From Polyangiales bacterium (GTDB lineage Bacteria > Myxococcota_A > Polyangia > Polyangiales > Polyangiaceae): DNA of 64,000 nt. Positions within the stretch are counted from its first letter, which is position 1; each line of letters opens with the position of its first letter. A model generated the notes under the pieces. That model saw only the letters and a list, made by a program, of their open reading frames with translations, was not told the origin of the DNA and ran no database searches. The stretch is from assembly GCA_038230375.1 (NCBI GenBank), contig JBBRNJ010000035.1, positions 1 to 64,000 on the forward strand, read 5' to 3'. The position numbers and the translations under genes are program-made. Shown piece by piece: positions 9,948-21,300 of this stretch.

Positions 9948-11255
9948 CTACCAGTACGTGAGCGCGGAGCGGAAGAGCGCAGAGAGCTCGTCTGGCCCCA
10001 GCTCGCGCGGCGCGTTCGCGAGGAGGCGCGCCTGGGGAAGCGTGCCCGCGACCAGCGCGTCCACGTCATCATCGGTGTAGCCCACGCCAGACACGCCGTT
10101 GGGCATGTGGAGCGCGCGCATGAGACGAGCGATCTCCGCGGAGAGGATCTCGCCCGCGTCCGACGGCGCTGCGCCGCGCGCGTCCACGCCAAGGAGCTCC
10201 GCCGCCTCCAGGTGGCGATCGGGGCTCGTGTCGGCCGTGAGCCTGAACACCGCTGGTGCATTCAGCACCACAGCCATGCCGTGCGGCACCATCGGCTCCG
10301 CGTCGGCGTAGCCCGGCGGCACGTACTCCGTCACGAGCCCTGCGACGGCGTAGCTCATGGCGTGTGGCACGTGAACACCCGCGTTACCGAACGCGATCCC
10401 CGCGAGCGTCGCAGCCCACATCACCTGCTCGCGTGCCTCTGCGTCGGCGGCGCTGTCCGCGGCGCGCAAGAAGAAGCGACCCAGGAGCGCGAGCGCTGCG
10501 CGACACCCCACGTCGCTCCACGGGTTCCGGCCCTGCGACAGCGGGCGCGTGGTGGCGGACGCCGGTGCGGCGCGGCTCTGGAAGGGACGAGCGGTGAACG
10601 ACTCCAACGCGTGGCAGAGCACGTCGAACCCGCTTGCGGCGACCACCTCGCGCGGGAGCGATTGTGTGCAATCTGCATCTATCACGGCCTCGGTCGGGCG
10701 GAGCGCCGCATGCGCGATGCCCGTCTTCGCGCCGAGCGAGAGGAGATCGAAGATCGCGATCCCGGTGACCTCGCTCCCGGTCCCGGACGTGGTGGGGCAC
10801 GCCACATGCGGGCGGAGCGGGCCTGGCACCGGCCGCGCAAGGCCCACGGGCGCGTTCACATAGGCAAGCAGCTCCGCGGGGTGCGTGGCGTAGAGGTTGG
10901 CGGCCTTGCACGTGTCGATCACCGAGCCGCCACCGAGCGAGACGTAGGCATCCGCGCGAGCATCCGCCGCGAAGCGAATCGCCGCCTGGAACGACACATC
11001 CGTGGGCTCCACACGGACCTCGTCGAACACCACCACGTCCGCGCCGGCCGCGCTCAGCGACGCGCTCACCGTCTCGAAGATGGGCAGCTTGCGAACGCGG
11101 GGATCGGTGAACAGCGCGACGCGCGAGCCACCGTGAGACCGCACGCGCGCACCGACCTCTCGCAGCGACCCGCGACCGAACGTGACGCGTGAAGCATCCA
11201 CGGTGAAGGCCGTCTCCAGGCCGAGCGCGGCGGCCTCCAGGTGGATGCAGCTCAT
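9948..11255 (-). CDS. Hydroxyacid-oxoacid transhydrogenase-like Fe-alcohol dehydrogenase
   Basis: [53 protein letters not shown] motifs. Confidence 0.88.
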   Translation of the reverse strand: MSCIHLEAAALGLETAFTVDASRVTFGRGSLREVGARVRSHGGSRVALFTDPRVRKLPIFETVSASLSAAGADVVVFDEVRVEPTDVSFQAAIRFAADARADAYVSLGGGSVIDTCKAANLYATHPAELLAYVNAPVGLARPVPGPLRPHVACPTTSGTGSEVTGIAIFDLLSLGAKTGIAHAALRPTEAVIDADCTQSLPREVVAASGFDVLCHALESFTARPFQSRAAPASATTRPLSQGRNPWSDVGCRAALALLGRFFLRAADSAADAEAREQVMWAATLAGIAFGNAGVHVPHAMSYAVAGLVTEYVPPGYADAEPMVPHGMAVVLNAPAVFRLTADTSPDRHLEAAELLGVDARGAAPSDAGEILSAEIARLMRALHMPNGVSGVGYTDDDVDALVAGTLPQARLLANAPRELGPDELSALFRSALTYW

Positions 11256-11323
11256 GGGACGGTGATTGTATCAGCACTTCCTCCCCGGTGGACGTGCGCG
11301 GCGAACACGCTACAGTCCATGTC

Positions 11324-11743
11324 ATGCGGACGTGGCAACGCATCGCCTCACTGGGAGTGATCGGAACCGTCATCGCTGTGGTCGCCGCGTGCGATGACCA
11401 GAGCGATTATGGCTACGACTACGGCCCGCGTGTTCGCTGCGGCTCCTACAAGACCTGCGGCACCTGCACACCTGTTGGCGGCTGCGGCTGGTGTGCAACG
11501 GGCAACGGCACGGGCACCTGCACCGACGGACCCGACAACTGCTCCAGCGCGCCCGCAGGCTTCAGCTGGGACCCGACGGGATGCAGCGGGCTCGAGGGCG
11601 GCGCACCACTGCGGGACGGCGGACACACGATCGCGGAAGCCGGCCTCCCTTCTGGTGACGACGCCAGCGCGACCGACGCAAACGCCACGGACGCCAACGA
11701 CGCGGCTCGAAGCGACGGATCTGCAGACGCGGCTTCGGATTGA
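11324..11743 (+). CDS. Lipoprotein with PSI (plexin-repeat)-like Cys module
   Basis: Lipobox VAAC; CxxYxTCxxCxxxxGCGWC pattern. Confidence 0.65.
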   Translation: MRTWQRIASLGVIGTVIAVVAACDDQSDYGYDYGPRVRCGSYKTCGTCTPVGGCGWCATGNGTGTCTDGPDNCSSAPAGFSWDPTGCSGLEGGAPLRDGGHTIAEAGLPSGDDASATDANATDANDAARSDGSADAASD

Positions 11744-11755
11744 CATCAGGCAACG

Positions 11756-13729
11756 TCAGGCGACATCCAGCGCGAGCGCGACGCGGATCTGCGCCGAGAG
11801 CCATGCGGTCGGAGCCCCAGCCGATCGACCGCCGAGTGAATCACCGAGATGCCGGAAGCGGGACGCGATGCCGAAGAGGCCCGCTTCCTCGAGCTCGTTC
11901 GCGCTCTTCTTGCATCGCTCCACCAGGGTGGGGCTGGGCGCACCAAGCCCTGCGTGAAGCAGCTCTGCAAGGAGCGACTCCGCGCGGCGCAGCACATCGC
12001 CCAGCGGGTCCTTCGGCGCGCGCACCGTGACTCGCGCGAGATCCAGCGGTTTTTGCGGCACATCGGCGATATCCGGAACGACCAGCGTGTCCGACGCGAT
12101 GGCAAGCGGCTCCATCGAGAACCCACCTGACGTCCGCGTGAGTGCGCCCGAGACAAAGCGCACCTTCCCCGAGAGGGCGGCTGCGGCCGCATCGATCGCG
12201 TACGGCGCCGCGCGCTGATGCGTGAGCGTGAGCGTGAGTGAATGCCCGCTCTCGTCTCGAAGATGCGCACGCAGCTCTTGTTCCGCCGCCACGTACATCA
12301 CCTCGGATACCTCCGAGATGGCGACCACGTGGACGTCCTCGGCCAGCAGCCGCGGACGGAGCGCGCGCGGTGCGCGGGTGCGAAGCCACGCGTCGTGAGC
12401 GCTGAGGTCGCGGCAGAGGAGCGGCGCAGGCAGGCCTTCCCACTCGCCGCGCTGCGGGGTCACGGAGGTCATCGCAGCCCTGCTGGTGCCGAGCTCCACC
12501 GAGCGATTCGCGCGGCGCTTGGCCACCTTGGTGACGATCTGCCCCGCGGCCATGGCACCGAGCGTGGTGCGTGCGGCGAGCTGCTTCTTCGCGAGCACGG
12601 GCCCATCTTCGGGCTCAACGGTCTCGGGAAAATCCCAGCGCTTGCTGAGCACGAGCACCATCGCCGTGTCAGGGTCCGCCAGGAACACGTCCGCGAAGCG
12701 TGCGCGTCCATCCGCGCGCAGCCGCGCCCCGAGCGAGACGAGGCGCAGGTGGTCGAGCGGCGTGACCACCGCCACGTCGGAGCCCAGGACGAAGCGCGCC
12801 GGTAGCTCGCTCGTGCCTGCGCGACTGGCACGGATGCGCGCCTCTAGCTCCCCCAGGATCTGCGCAACATCGAGCGAGCTGTAGAGAGCGCTGCGCGAGG
12901 CATGTGCCTCGAGTGCGCGCTCCAGATCGGAGATCGACGTGAGTGGCCACACGTACCCGAGCTTCTCGAGCGCGGCACGAATGGGCGCGAGCCGCATCAC
13001 GAACGTCGAGGGCAGCGCGGCGACGCCAGTGCGAAGCAGCTCGTCCGTGATCTCTCGCGCCAGGTCCAGCGATGCGCCATCGGCGCTTGCCGCCGCGGAG
13101 CCAAGGCTGACGATCACCTCGTCCCCCGGCCGGCCCGCAGCCTCGCGAAATGCCCAGACGGCCACGGCCACGTGCGGGCAACCGGAGGCTGCGTCGCGAC
13201 AGTCGCACTTTGCGTATGCGGGGTCGCGGGGGACCAGGAAGCGAACGGTGCACGCGGGAAGGAGAGCGCTCGGCGGCCCATCGGGCTCACCACTGCCGCG
13301 GCTGACGGTGACCACGAGGCCTGCGCGGAGCGCGGCGCGCGCTGCTTCCATGCGGGCCTTGCCGATCGCGCGCTCCAGCGTCGCGTCGTCGATCTCCGCG
13401 GGCGACCATTCTTCGACCTGCACGCTCGTCCTTGCGGCGCGCCTGCTCTCGGTGCCGTCGTGCCAACCCTTGTAGGCCAGCGCCACGCCGATGCGATGCC
13501 TGCATACTGCAAGTGAATTGCAGGAGCACGGGCACTCCTTCAGCGGTTTTCCCGCGACCAGCTTCGCCACGGTTCCATCGGGAAACGTGCCTGTCACCGT
13601 GCCGTCCGGGAGCTCGTTCACATCCGGGCCGATGCCCTCCTCGATGTCACGTGTTGCGCGCTTCACGAGCCCGAGATTCGCAAGCGACGCAAGCGCCTGC
13701 GGTGTGAGCGCGAGGAGATCGCTCCTCAC
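11756..13729 (-). CDS. yehQ: YehQ-like SWIM zinc-finger protein
   Basis: N-terminus LLALTPQALASLANLGLVKR; two SWIM motifs (CSC..VCRH, CDC..GCPH); GTGA overlap with the VWA gene. Confidence 0.8.
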   Translation of the reverse strand: MRSDLLALTPQALASLANLGLVKRATRDIEEGIGPDVNELPDGTVTGTFPDGTVAKLVAGKPLKECPCSCNSLAVCRHRIGVALAYKGWHDGTESRRAARTSVQVEEWSPAEIDDATLERAIGKARMEAARAALRAGLVVTVSRGSGEPDGPPSALLPACTVRFLVPRDPAYAKCDCRDAASGCPHVAVAVWAFREAAGRPGDEVIVSLGSAAASADGASLDLAREITDELLRTGVAALPSTFVMRLAPIRAALEKLGYVWPLTSISDLERALEAHASRSALYSSLDVAQILGELEARIRASRAGTSELPARFVLGSDVAVVTPLDHLRLVSLGARLRADGRARFADVFLADPDTAMVLVLSKRWDFPETVEPEDGPVLAKKQLAARTTLGAMAAGQIVTKVAKRRANRSVELGTSRAAMTSVTPQRGEWEGLPAPLLCRDLSAHDAWLRTRAPRALRPRLLAEDVHVVAISEVSEVMYVAAEQELRAHLRDESGHSLTLTLTHQRAAPYAIDAAAAALSGKVRFVSGALTRTSGGFSMEPLAIASDTLVVPDIADVPQKPLDLARVTVRAPKDPLGDVLRRAESLLAELLHAGLGAPSPTLVERCKKSANELEEAGLFGIASRFRHLGDSLGGRSAGAPTAWLSAQIRVALALDVA

Positions 13730-14850
13730 GCGCGCACCTTGTCTGCGATGAATGAGACCAGCTCGCCCGGCGTCATCGCGCCCACGTGCGCGCCCACGTC
13801 CACCAGGCGCTGAGCCATGTCGCGGTCGTAGGAGGGGTTGGCTTGCTCGTCCAGCGCGGCAAGCCCCAGGACCGTGGTGCCCTGATCGCAGAGCGCCTTC
13901 ACGCGTGACACCAGCACGCCCGCTATGCCGCCCTCGAAGAAGTCCGTGATGAGCACCACGATGGTTCGCCTTGGCACCTCGACCAGGCCCTGCGCATACG
14001 CCACTGCCTGACCGATGTCCGTGCCGCCACCGAGCTGCACCTTCATGAGCACCTCGACGGGATCGGTGACGCGGCCCGTGAGATCCACGACCGCCGTGTC
14101 GAAGATGCAGAGGTGCGTCTTGGTGCCCGGCAACCCCCACAGGCACGCGGCCGTGACGGCGGCGTGGATGACGGAGCCCAGCATGCTGCCGCTCTCGTCC
14201 ACGAGAATGATGATCTGCCACTTGTCCATCTGGCGGCGCGTGCGCGAGACGAAGAGCGGCTCCTCTATCGTGATGGTCTTCGTGTCGCGATCGAAGCGGC
14301 GAAGGTTCTTCTTGATGGTGGCCTTCGCGTCGAAGTTCTTCGCAACGCGGATGCGTGAGCGCGTACGCGAGCGGGTTCCGTGGAAGGTCGCGCGGACCTT
14401 GCGGGCCAGCTTCTCCATGAGCTTGCGCACCACCTTCGCGACCAGCATTCGCGCGAGCGCCAGGACCTCCGGGCTCATGAGGTGCTTCGTCAGGAGCACC
14501 GCGCGGAGCAGGGTCTCGTTTGGCTCTATGCGCGCGAGGACCTCGGGGTTGGTGACGACCTCGTTGATGCCGTATTTTTCCACGGCATCGCGCTCCAAAC
14601 GCTCCACGGTCTCCTTCGGGAAGAGGCGATGGATGCCTGCGAGCCAGTCCGGCACGGAGAGCGTGGACGCGCCCAGGCCACCCTGACGATCGCGGATGTC
14701 GCGGTCGCCTAGCTCCTCACCGCGCTCGTACAGCCACGAGAGTGATGCGTCCGCGGCAAGGTCGTCGGCAGACATGCCCGCGCGCTGGTCGAGCTCGTCT
14801 GCAGCGGCGCCGAGCACCAGCCGCCACCTGAGGATGCGGGGCTCGCTCAT
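13726..14850 (-). CDS. yehP: YehP-like VWA domain protein
   Basis: RWRLVLG start; MIDAS DESGS, GGGTDI, LITDFFEG. Confidence 0.88.
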   Translation of the reverse strand: MSEPRILRWRLVLGAAADELDQRAGMSADDLAADASLSWLYERGEELGDRDIRDRQGGLGASTLSVPDWLAGIHRLFPKETVERLERDAVEKYGINEVVTNPEVLARIEPNETLLRAVLLTKHLMSPEVLALARMLVAKVVRKLMEKLARKVRATFHGTRSRTRSRIRVAKNFDAKATIKKNLRRFDRDTKTITIEEPLFVSRTRRQMDKWQIIILVDESGSMLGSVIHAAVTAACLWGLPGTKTHLCIFDTAVVDLTGRVTDPVEVLMKVQLGGGTDIGQAVAYAQGLVEVPRRTIVVLITDFFEGGIAGVLVSRVKALCDQGTTVLGLAALDEQANPSYDRDMAQRLVDVGAHVGAMTPGELVSFIADKVRA

Positions 14851-17216
14851 GGCGCCGTCCCGCCCGCCGGAGCGGCGTCCAGATCGTCAGTCAGGCCGAA
14901 GCGCTTTGCAAGGTCGCGCGCGGCGTTGTCGATGCGCACGCCCTCGCGCACGGTCTCCACGCCAAACTTGGTGCGGAGCATGGCGGATGGATCGATGTTC
15001 GCGTTGCCACCGCGCTGGAGGACACCCTGCGCGATCGAGAGGCGCTCGCGCGGCGGGAAGAACGCGAACGCGAGGCGGAGAGCGGGGAGCGCGATCATGA
15101 AGTCCTCGGGCATCATCTCGCTCAGCGCGCGATCGATGGCGGCCAGGAGCGGCTCGGAGACGTGGACTTCTTCTCGTGCGAGGGCGAAGAGGCCGGCCAG
15201 ATAGTCGCCGATGGTGGTGGGGCGCCACGCGGATCGGAGGGCGGATACTGCGTTTTTTTCTGCCTCGGCGATATCGGGGTGGGGCTCGGTCACGTTCACG
15301 TTCACGGGGGGAGCGGAGTCGCGCAGGCTCCAGGTGAAGCCGAGGGCGGCTCCTCTCATGGCGGGTGGGGCTTCATCGTCTTTGATCCGGCGCTCGCAGA
15401 CGGCGATGGCTCGTTGACGTTCGGTGAGCAGGTCGGGGGGGCCGTGGCGGACGAGATCTCGAAGCGCTTGTACTGCTCTCACGTGGCCGTCGTCGGCTGG
15501 GGCGGTGGCACCTCGCATTCCCTCGAAGAGCCAGAGGCCTCGCTCGAAGCAGGAGACGAGCACCGCTGCTACATCCGTGGAGGCTTTCAACTCCATGAGC
15601 CAGTCGCCTCGCCACAACGAGAGCAGGCGGCGGGTCGCTGCGCCGAGCGTGCCGAACGACGGCTCCTCGTTCACGCGCGTGCCTATGCGTGCGAGCCAGC
15701 GGCCCGAGAGCTCGCCGATACCGCACGCCGCTGCTGATTCCAGGGCCTCCGCGAGCACCGCGGAGTCGGCGTCGGCGCCGCAGCGCTCCTCGAGCTTCGC
15801 GCGTGCGGCTTGCAGGAGTGAGCCTCCGTAGACCGCCGCCTCCACCAGCCCCGGATCCGTCTCCAGCTTGCGCTCCACGGACCAGAGCTCCGTCAGGTCT
15901 GTCTTGCCGCGCGTGGTGATGGGGCCGCGCGTGCGCGTGAAGCCGGGGATGCCAAGGACCGCGAAGCGATTCAGCACGTGGCTCGTCTCACGTCCGCGCG
16001 CGGTGGAAACGGCGACAGTGATCTTCTGCGCCGCGCGGCCGACGTCCACGCCCACGCGCGTAAGCTCCGCGAACGCGTCGGCGACGATGGGCGGCGCTGG
16101 GGTCCCTTTTGCGAGCAAGCCCTGCTTCTGCCCGGAGAATGCGGACACCAGCTCCACGAGCAACGCATCCGTGTGGCGCGCAAGGGTTCCGCGACGCGTC
16201 CATGGAAGCGGCGCATCGAGCGCCTCCTTCACCAGCGCACCCGCCAGACCGTCGAGCACGTCGATGCGCGTGAGCACGTCGTGCCCGCGCATCATGCGGA
16301 GACCGTGCGCCAGCGTGGACGCGGCGATCGCATCCGCCGGTGAAACGCGCTGCGCTTTCTTGCGCAGGTGCTTGATCGCGAAGAACAGCATCTCCTCTGC
16401 CGCCTGCGCCGCGCCCTTCTCCCACACGGCCTGGTAGTAGCCGGGTGACGGCATGCCGGAGGCGTAGCCCGCAAAGCTGTCGAGCCGACGCAGCGAATAC
16501 GGCACGAAGTAGCTGCCCACGCGCGTGCCCTCGGGCACCTCCGGCACCACGGGAAATTCAGCCTTTGCGCTTCTCCACGTTCGCTCCAGCGCGGGCTTGT
16601 GGAAGCCGCCGCACACGACCACCACGCTCTCGCCGTCTGAGCATGCAGCCGCAGCCGCGGCGATGGTGCGCGCCATGGTCTCTTCGCGAGGCCCGTCGCG
16701 ATCACCCGGCGGCTCGTCGGCGCGGAGCATCTCGAAGTAGCGCGCGAGCTCCTCCTCGAGGCGTGCCTCCGTCCGCGGCTGCTCGAAGAGGTGGTCCCAC
16801 AGCGCATCGGTGTCCTCGAAGCCGAGCGAGTCCGTGACCTCGCGCAGGCGATCGCTCGGGCGCACGCGACCGAAGCGATCCTCGAGCCCGGCGAAGACAT
16901 CGTCCCACGCGGGGAGGTCCATGAAGATCGATTTCGCGCCGACCGTGGCCGCGGCCTGCAGGGCAACGAGCTCCGGCGAGAACTCGCAGAACGGCGTCCA
17001 GGTCCATCGCGACGCGCCCTCGGTGGTCTGACGATACGAGAAGAGCGCGATGGGCATGACGTGCGGCATGAGCAGCTCGTCCATGCGTTCGTTCATGTCG
17101 CTCGGCCCTTCGACCAGGACGAAGCGCGGCCGGACGCGCAGGATGGTCTCCCGCACGAGCCGCGCGCATGCGGGGCTGTGGTGCCGCACGCCGACGATCT
17201 GAACGTTGGTGCCCAT
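14847..17216 (-). CDS. yehM: YehM-like DUF5682 protein
   Basis: GVRHHSPACARL, FCEFSPELVAL, VVCGGFH, GYASGMPSPGYY; ATG 17216. The upstream part of the 2171-aa ORF is antisense shadow. Confidence 0.85.
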   Translation of the reverse strand: MGTNVQIVGVRHHSPACARLVRETILRVRPRFVLVEGPSDMNERMDELLMPHVMPIALFSYRQTTEGASRWTWTPFCEFSPELVALQAAATVGAKSIFMDLPAWDDVFAGLEDRFGRVRPSDRLREVTDSLGFEDTDALWDHLFEQPRTEARLEEELARYFEMLRADEPPGDRDGPREETMARTIAAAAAACSDGESVVVVCGGFHKPALERTWRSAKAEFPVVPEVPEGTRVGSYFVPYSLRRLDSFAGYASGMPSPGYYQAVWEKGAAQAAEEMLFFAIKHLRKKAQRVSPADAIAASTLAHGLRMMRGHDVLTRIDVLDGLAGALVKEALDAPLPWTRRGTLARHTDALLVELVSAFSGQKQGLLAKGTPAPPIVADAFAELTRVGVDVGRAAQKITVAVSTARGRETSHVLNRFAVLGIPGFTRTRGPITTRGKTDLTELWSVERKLETDPGLVEAAVYGGSLLQAARAKLEERCGADADSAVLAEALESAAACGIGELSGRWLARIGTRVNEEPSFGTLGAATRRLLSLWRGDWLMELKASTDVAAVLVSCFERGLWLFEGMRGATAPADDGHVRAVQALRDLVRHGPPDLLTERQRAIAVCERRIKDDEAPPAMRGAALGFTWSLRDSAPPVNVNVTEPHPDIAEAEKNAVSALRSAWRPTTIGDYLAGLFALAREEVHVSEPLLAAIDRALSEMMPEDFMIALPALRLAFAFFPPRERLSIAQGVLQRGGNANIDPSAMLRTKFGVETVREGVRIDNAARDLAKRFGLTDDLDAAPAGGTAP

Positions 17217-17227
17217 CGATCTCTGGT

Positions 17228-18349
17228 TCAGCCCGGGATGCGGTGACGTGCCTCGTAGAACGCCTTCCAGTGCGCGCCCTTGCCCTTTGCGACGCGCTGC
17301 TCGAAGTAACGACGCAGCCGCGCCGCGTCCTCCGGATCGCCCTTCACCGCCGCGCCCACGAGGCAATCGACGAGATCCGCGGGAGTCGCCGGAGCGCCGC
17401 CCAGGAAGTAACCCGCCACGCCGACCGCATGCGCGACGCTGACGGCCTCTGCGGTGGACATGGCCGTGGTGAGCCGATCCATCGCCTGTCCGTCCGTGGT
17501 CTGCCCGGCGCGTAGCTCGCGGAAGGTCGTGACCAGCAGCTCCAGCACGTCCTCGCTCGGCAGCTCGGGAACGCCAGAGCGCGTGAGCAAGCGCCTGGTC
17601 TCCTCGCGCACGAGATCCATTTCGACCTGAAAATCCCCGATGGGAAACACTGTCTCGAAATTGAATCGACGCTTGAGCGCGGCGCTCATCTCGTTCACGC
17701 CCAGGTCGCGCGTGTTGGCAGTGGCGATCACGTTGAAGCCGTCCTTCGCGAAGAGCATCCCGTCCGCGCCCTTCATCTCCGGCACGGCGAGCACGCGATC
17801 GGAGAGCGCAGCAAGGAGCGAGTCCTGCACCTCGAGCGGGCAGCGCGTGATCTCCTCGAAGCGAACGAGCTTCCCTTCCGCCATGCCCGTGAAGAGCGGC
17901 GCAGGGACCATGGCCCTTTGCGTGGGGCCCTCTGCAAGGAGCAGCGCGTAGTTCCACGAGTACTTGATCTGATCGTCGGTGGTGCCGGCGCTGCCCTGGA
18001 TGGTGAGCGTGGACCTGCCGGAGATCGCCGCGCAAAGGAGCTCGGAGAGGAGCGACTTTGCGGTGCCGGGCTCGCCCACGAGCATGAGCCCGCGGTTCGT
18101 TGCCAGCGCGACCATCGCGCGATCCACGAGCGACGGATTGCCGACGAACTTGCGGCGCACCTTCTTCTGCGCGTCGCCCAGGATGAACGCGCGCACGGCA
18201 CGTGGAGACATCGCCCAGCCAGGCGGGCGCGGTCCGGTGTCTGCTGCACGGAGCGAGTCGAGCTCCGCGAGGTAAGTGACTTCCGCGGGCGGGCGCTGCG
18301 CCGTCTCCGCACCAACGTTTCCGGATCTGTCGGGGTTCTGCTTGGCCAC
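17228..18349 (-). CDS. yehL: YehL-like MoxR-family AAA+ ATPase
   Basis: Walker A GEPGTAKS; RFEEITRC; ATANTRD; MSAALKRRFNF. Confidence 0.9.
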   Translation of the reverse strand: MAKQNPDRSGNVGAETAQRPPAEVTYLAELDSLRAADTGPRPPGWAMSPRAVRAFILGDAQKKVRRKFVGNPSLVDRAMVALATNRGLMLVGEPGTAKSLLSELLCAAISGRSTLTIQGSAGTTDDQIKYSWNYALLLAEGPTQRAMVPAPLFTGMAEGKLVRFEEITRCPLEVQDSLLAALSDRVLAVPEMKGADGMLFAKDGFNVIATANTRDLGVNEMSAALKRRFNFETVFPIGDFQVEMDLVREETRRLLTRSGVPELPSEDVLELLVTTFRELRAGQTTDGQAMDRLTTAMSTAEAVSVAHAVGVAGYFLGGAPATPADLVDCLVGAAVKGDPEDAARLRRYFEQRVAKGKGAHWKAFYEARHRIPG

Positions 18350-18383
18350 GACGGGAGCTTATCGGTTTACGATTGGCGCACCC

Positions 18384-21300
18384 ATGGGCAAAACGACGCT
18401 GACCGTCCCCGAGTCGCTCCGGAAGAACCTTCGCTCGCGGCGATCGCTGCCCGGCACCGCCGTGACGCCGACGGAGGCGGGCGTGAACCGCCAGTTCAAG
18501 CGCATCAAGACGCAGTACGCGGTGAAGACCCGGTTCGGTGGCAAGCAGACCCACGCGAGCATCTACGCGGCGGGCCTGGCCACGAAGACCGAGCCAGAGC
18601 TGCGCACGGTGCGGACCGGCGCGCACGAGCTCCTGATGGACCCGTCGCTCGACGCCGTGCGGGCTGCCAGCGTGGACATCCTTGGCGCCGCGGAGGCCAT
18701 GCTCCGGCGCGCAGACTCCGACTCGACACTTCTCGACGCGGTCGTGGTCGCGCGCGGCCTTCCCGACGCGCTGCGCATGGCTCTCCGCTGCACCGAGTTC
18801 GAGCTGGCCGCGGCGAACGGGTACACCACAGCGGTGTACGTGGTGACCAACAGCGACCACGTCGTGTCGTGGGGTGAGCGCTGGCGTCCGCTTCGTGATG
18901 CACTCTCTGCCGCGACCAAGGCCGACTACGACGCAGCCGTGGAGATCGCGGGCAAGCTCAGAAAGAAGCTCGATCTCGCGCGCCGAACGGAGGTCGCCTA
19001 CTCGTTCCCCGATCAGCCGTGGGCGGACGAAGAGCTCCTCGCGAGCGCAAAGGCCAAGACCGCGGGGGCGAAGGACGACATCCGGCCGCACATCCTGCTG
19101 TCCGCGACCACCAGCGTCGAGGCGCTGCGTGCCTACGTCGATGCGTGGGGTGAGTACGCGAGCCTTGCGCCCTACGCGCTCGACATGGTGCACGTGATGC
19201 CCGAGAAGGAGCTCTTGCCCATCCTGGCCACGGAGCTCCCGACGCTCCTCGTGAAGCCAAAGTACGGGCCGCTGCTCAAGACGCCGCCGCGCATGATCGC
19301 GGAGGCCATCGCGTGCTGGCGCTCGCCGGGCGTCGCTGCCGTGCTGGCCTCGTACGTGAGCCACCCGGTGATGGCGCCGCTGGTGCTCGGGTTCTTCCGC
19401 GACGCACCGGAGCTGGGCGGTGCGCTCTCGGAGAAGGCCGGCGCGAAGCGGACGCCGTCCATGGAGCGCGTGCTCGGCAACAAGCCGGCAGAGAAGGCGC
19501 AGAAGACAGCGAAGGCCTCCGACGTGCCGCCGATCCTTCGCGATCGCCCGTGGCGCGCGCCGGGGGGCAAGGCGAGAGCCGCGCGCGAAGTGCTCACCCT
19601 CGCCGTGATCGTCGGCAAGGAGAGCGTGGTGCTCACGAAGCCCGTTCGCGGGTTCGAGGCATCGAGCGGGAGCGACGTCTTCCGCGACATGACGAAGCCG
19701 GAGCTCGAACGCTGGAAGAAGGAGCGCGCAAAGAAGGAGTGGGGACGCGCCGACTACGAGCGCGAGCGCGTGACAGGCTCGAACACGGCATGGGAGTACC
19801 GTCGCGTCCCCGACGACCTCGCGATCAAGGCGTGGAACGACGGAGAATGCGGCCTCTCGCAGACGGAGCTCTCGTGGGTGGCAAGACACGGCGTGAAGGT
19901 GCTTCCGGGCTTCACCGCGCGCGACTGGCTGCGGTGGCTCTCGTATGATGGCGAGCACGATTTTCTCAACGCGGTGATGAGCTTCGTGTCGCCGCGTATC
20001 GCGCCCGACGTCGCGAAGGCTGCGAATAGAAAGCGCGCGCGCGGTGCGGCGCTCGCGTGGCTGGAACGGAACCCGGCGGTCGCAGCGCTGGGTCTCATCC
20101 CGAACGCGCTCGGAAAGGACGGCGAGGCGCAGCGCGATGCAGACTCTGCGCTCCGGCAGCTCTCGCAGACCGGGCACCGCGCCATTGTCGAGAAGGCCGC
20201 AAAGGCGTACGGCAAGGACGCCGCGCGGCTCGTGGGCGCGCTGCTGGACCGCGACCCGCTCGCGCTCGATATGGCTCCGCCGAAGCCGCCGCCGTTCCTT
20301 CGCCTGGCAGAGCTCTCCGACGTGACGCTTCGCTCCGGACAATCCATCGGCGACGACGCGCGCGGTGCCCTGGTCGAATTGTTGCAGATTACACCGAATG
20401 ACGTTCCGTACGCGGGCGTGGAGGTCGTGCGGAAGGCGTGCGACGCGGCATCGCTCGGGCGTCTGGCGGAGGAGCTGCTGGAGCAGTGGGTGCTCGGCGA
20501 CCTTCCAGGGCGGCACGAGTGGATGATGTTCGCGTGCGCGCACTATCCGTCGGAGAGCGCCACGCGGAGGGTCGTTGCCCTTGCGCGCGAGTGGGCACGC
20601 AAGAACGGGGCGAAGGCGTCGCGGCTGTGCGCCGGGCTCGCGGCGATAGGGTCCGACGCAGCGCTCATGGCGCTCGCGCACGTGGCGGACACCACGCGCT
20701 ACGACGTGCTGAAGAAGGACGCGTCGCAGCTTGTCGCCGAGGCTGCGGCCGCGCGCGGGCTCACGAAGGACGAGCTCGCAGACCGCACGGTCCCGGACGT
20801 GGGCCTGGACGCGAAGGGCACCCTGCAGCTCTCGTTCGGCGCGCGCACGTTCGTGGTGACGCTGGACGAGAACCTTGCGCCGGTCGTGCGCGAGAAGTCG
20901 AAGGCGGGGTTCGGTGCGGCCACGGGCACGCTGCCGCGACCGCAGAAGACGGACGACGCGTCCGCCGCAAGGTCCGCGCGCGAGCGCTTTGATCTGCTGA
21001 AGAAGGACCTTGCGGCGATCACGCAGCGACAGCTGCGTCGATTCGAGCGCGCGATGGTCGAAGGTCGCACGTGGTCGGCCCAAGATTTCCGCGAGCGCAT
21101 CGCTGGCCACCCGCTGCTCACGCATCTGTCGCGACGGCTGGTGTGGGAGGCGCTGCCGAAGAAGGGCGCAGCGCGCTCCTTCCGCGTGACGGAGGATGGC
21201 TCGCTGTCTGACGAGCAGGATCGGTCGTTCACGCTCCCGGATGGGGCCGGCGTGCGGCTCGCGCATCCAGCGCGGACGCCCAGCATCACCACCACGTGGG

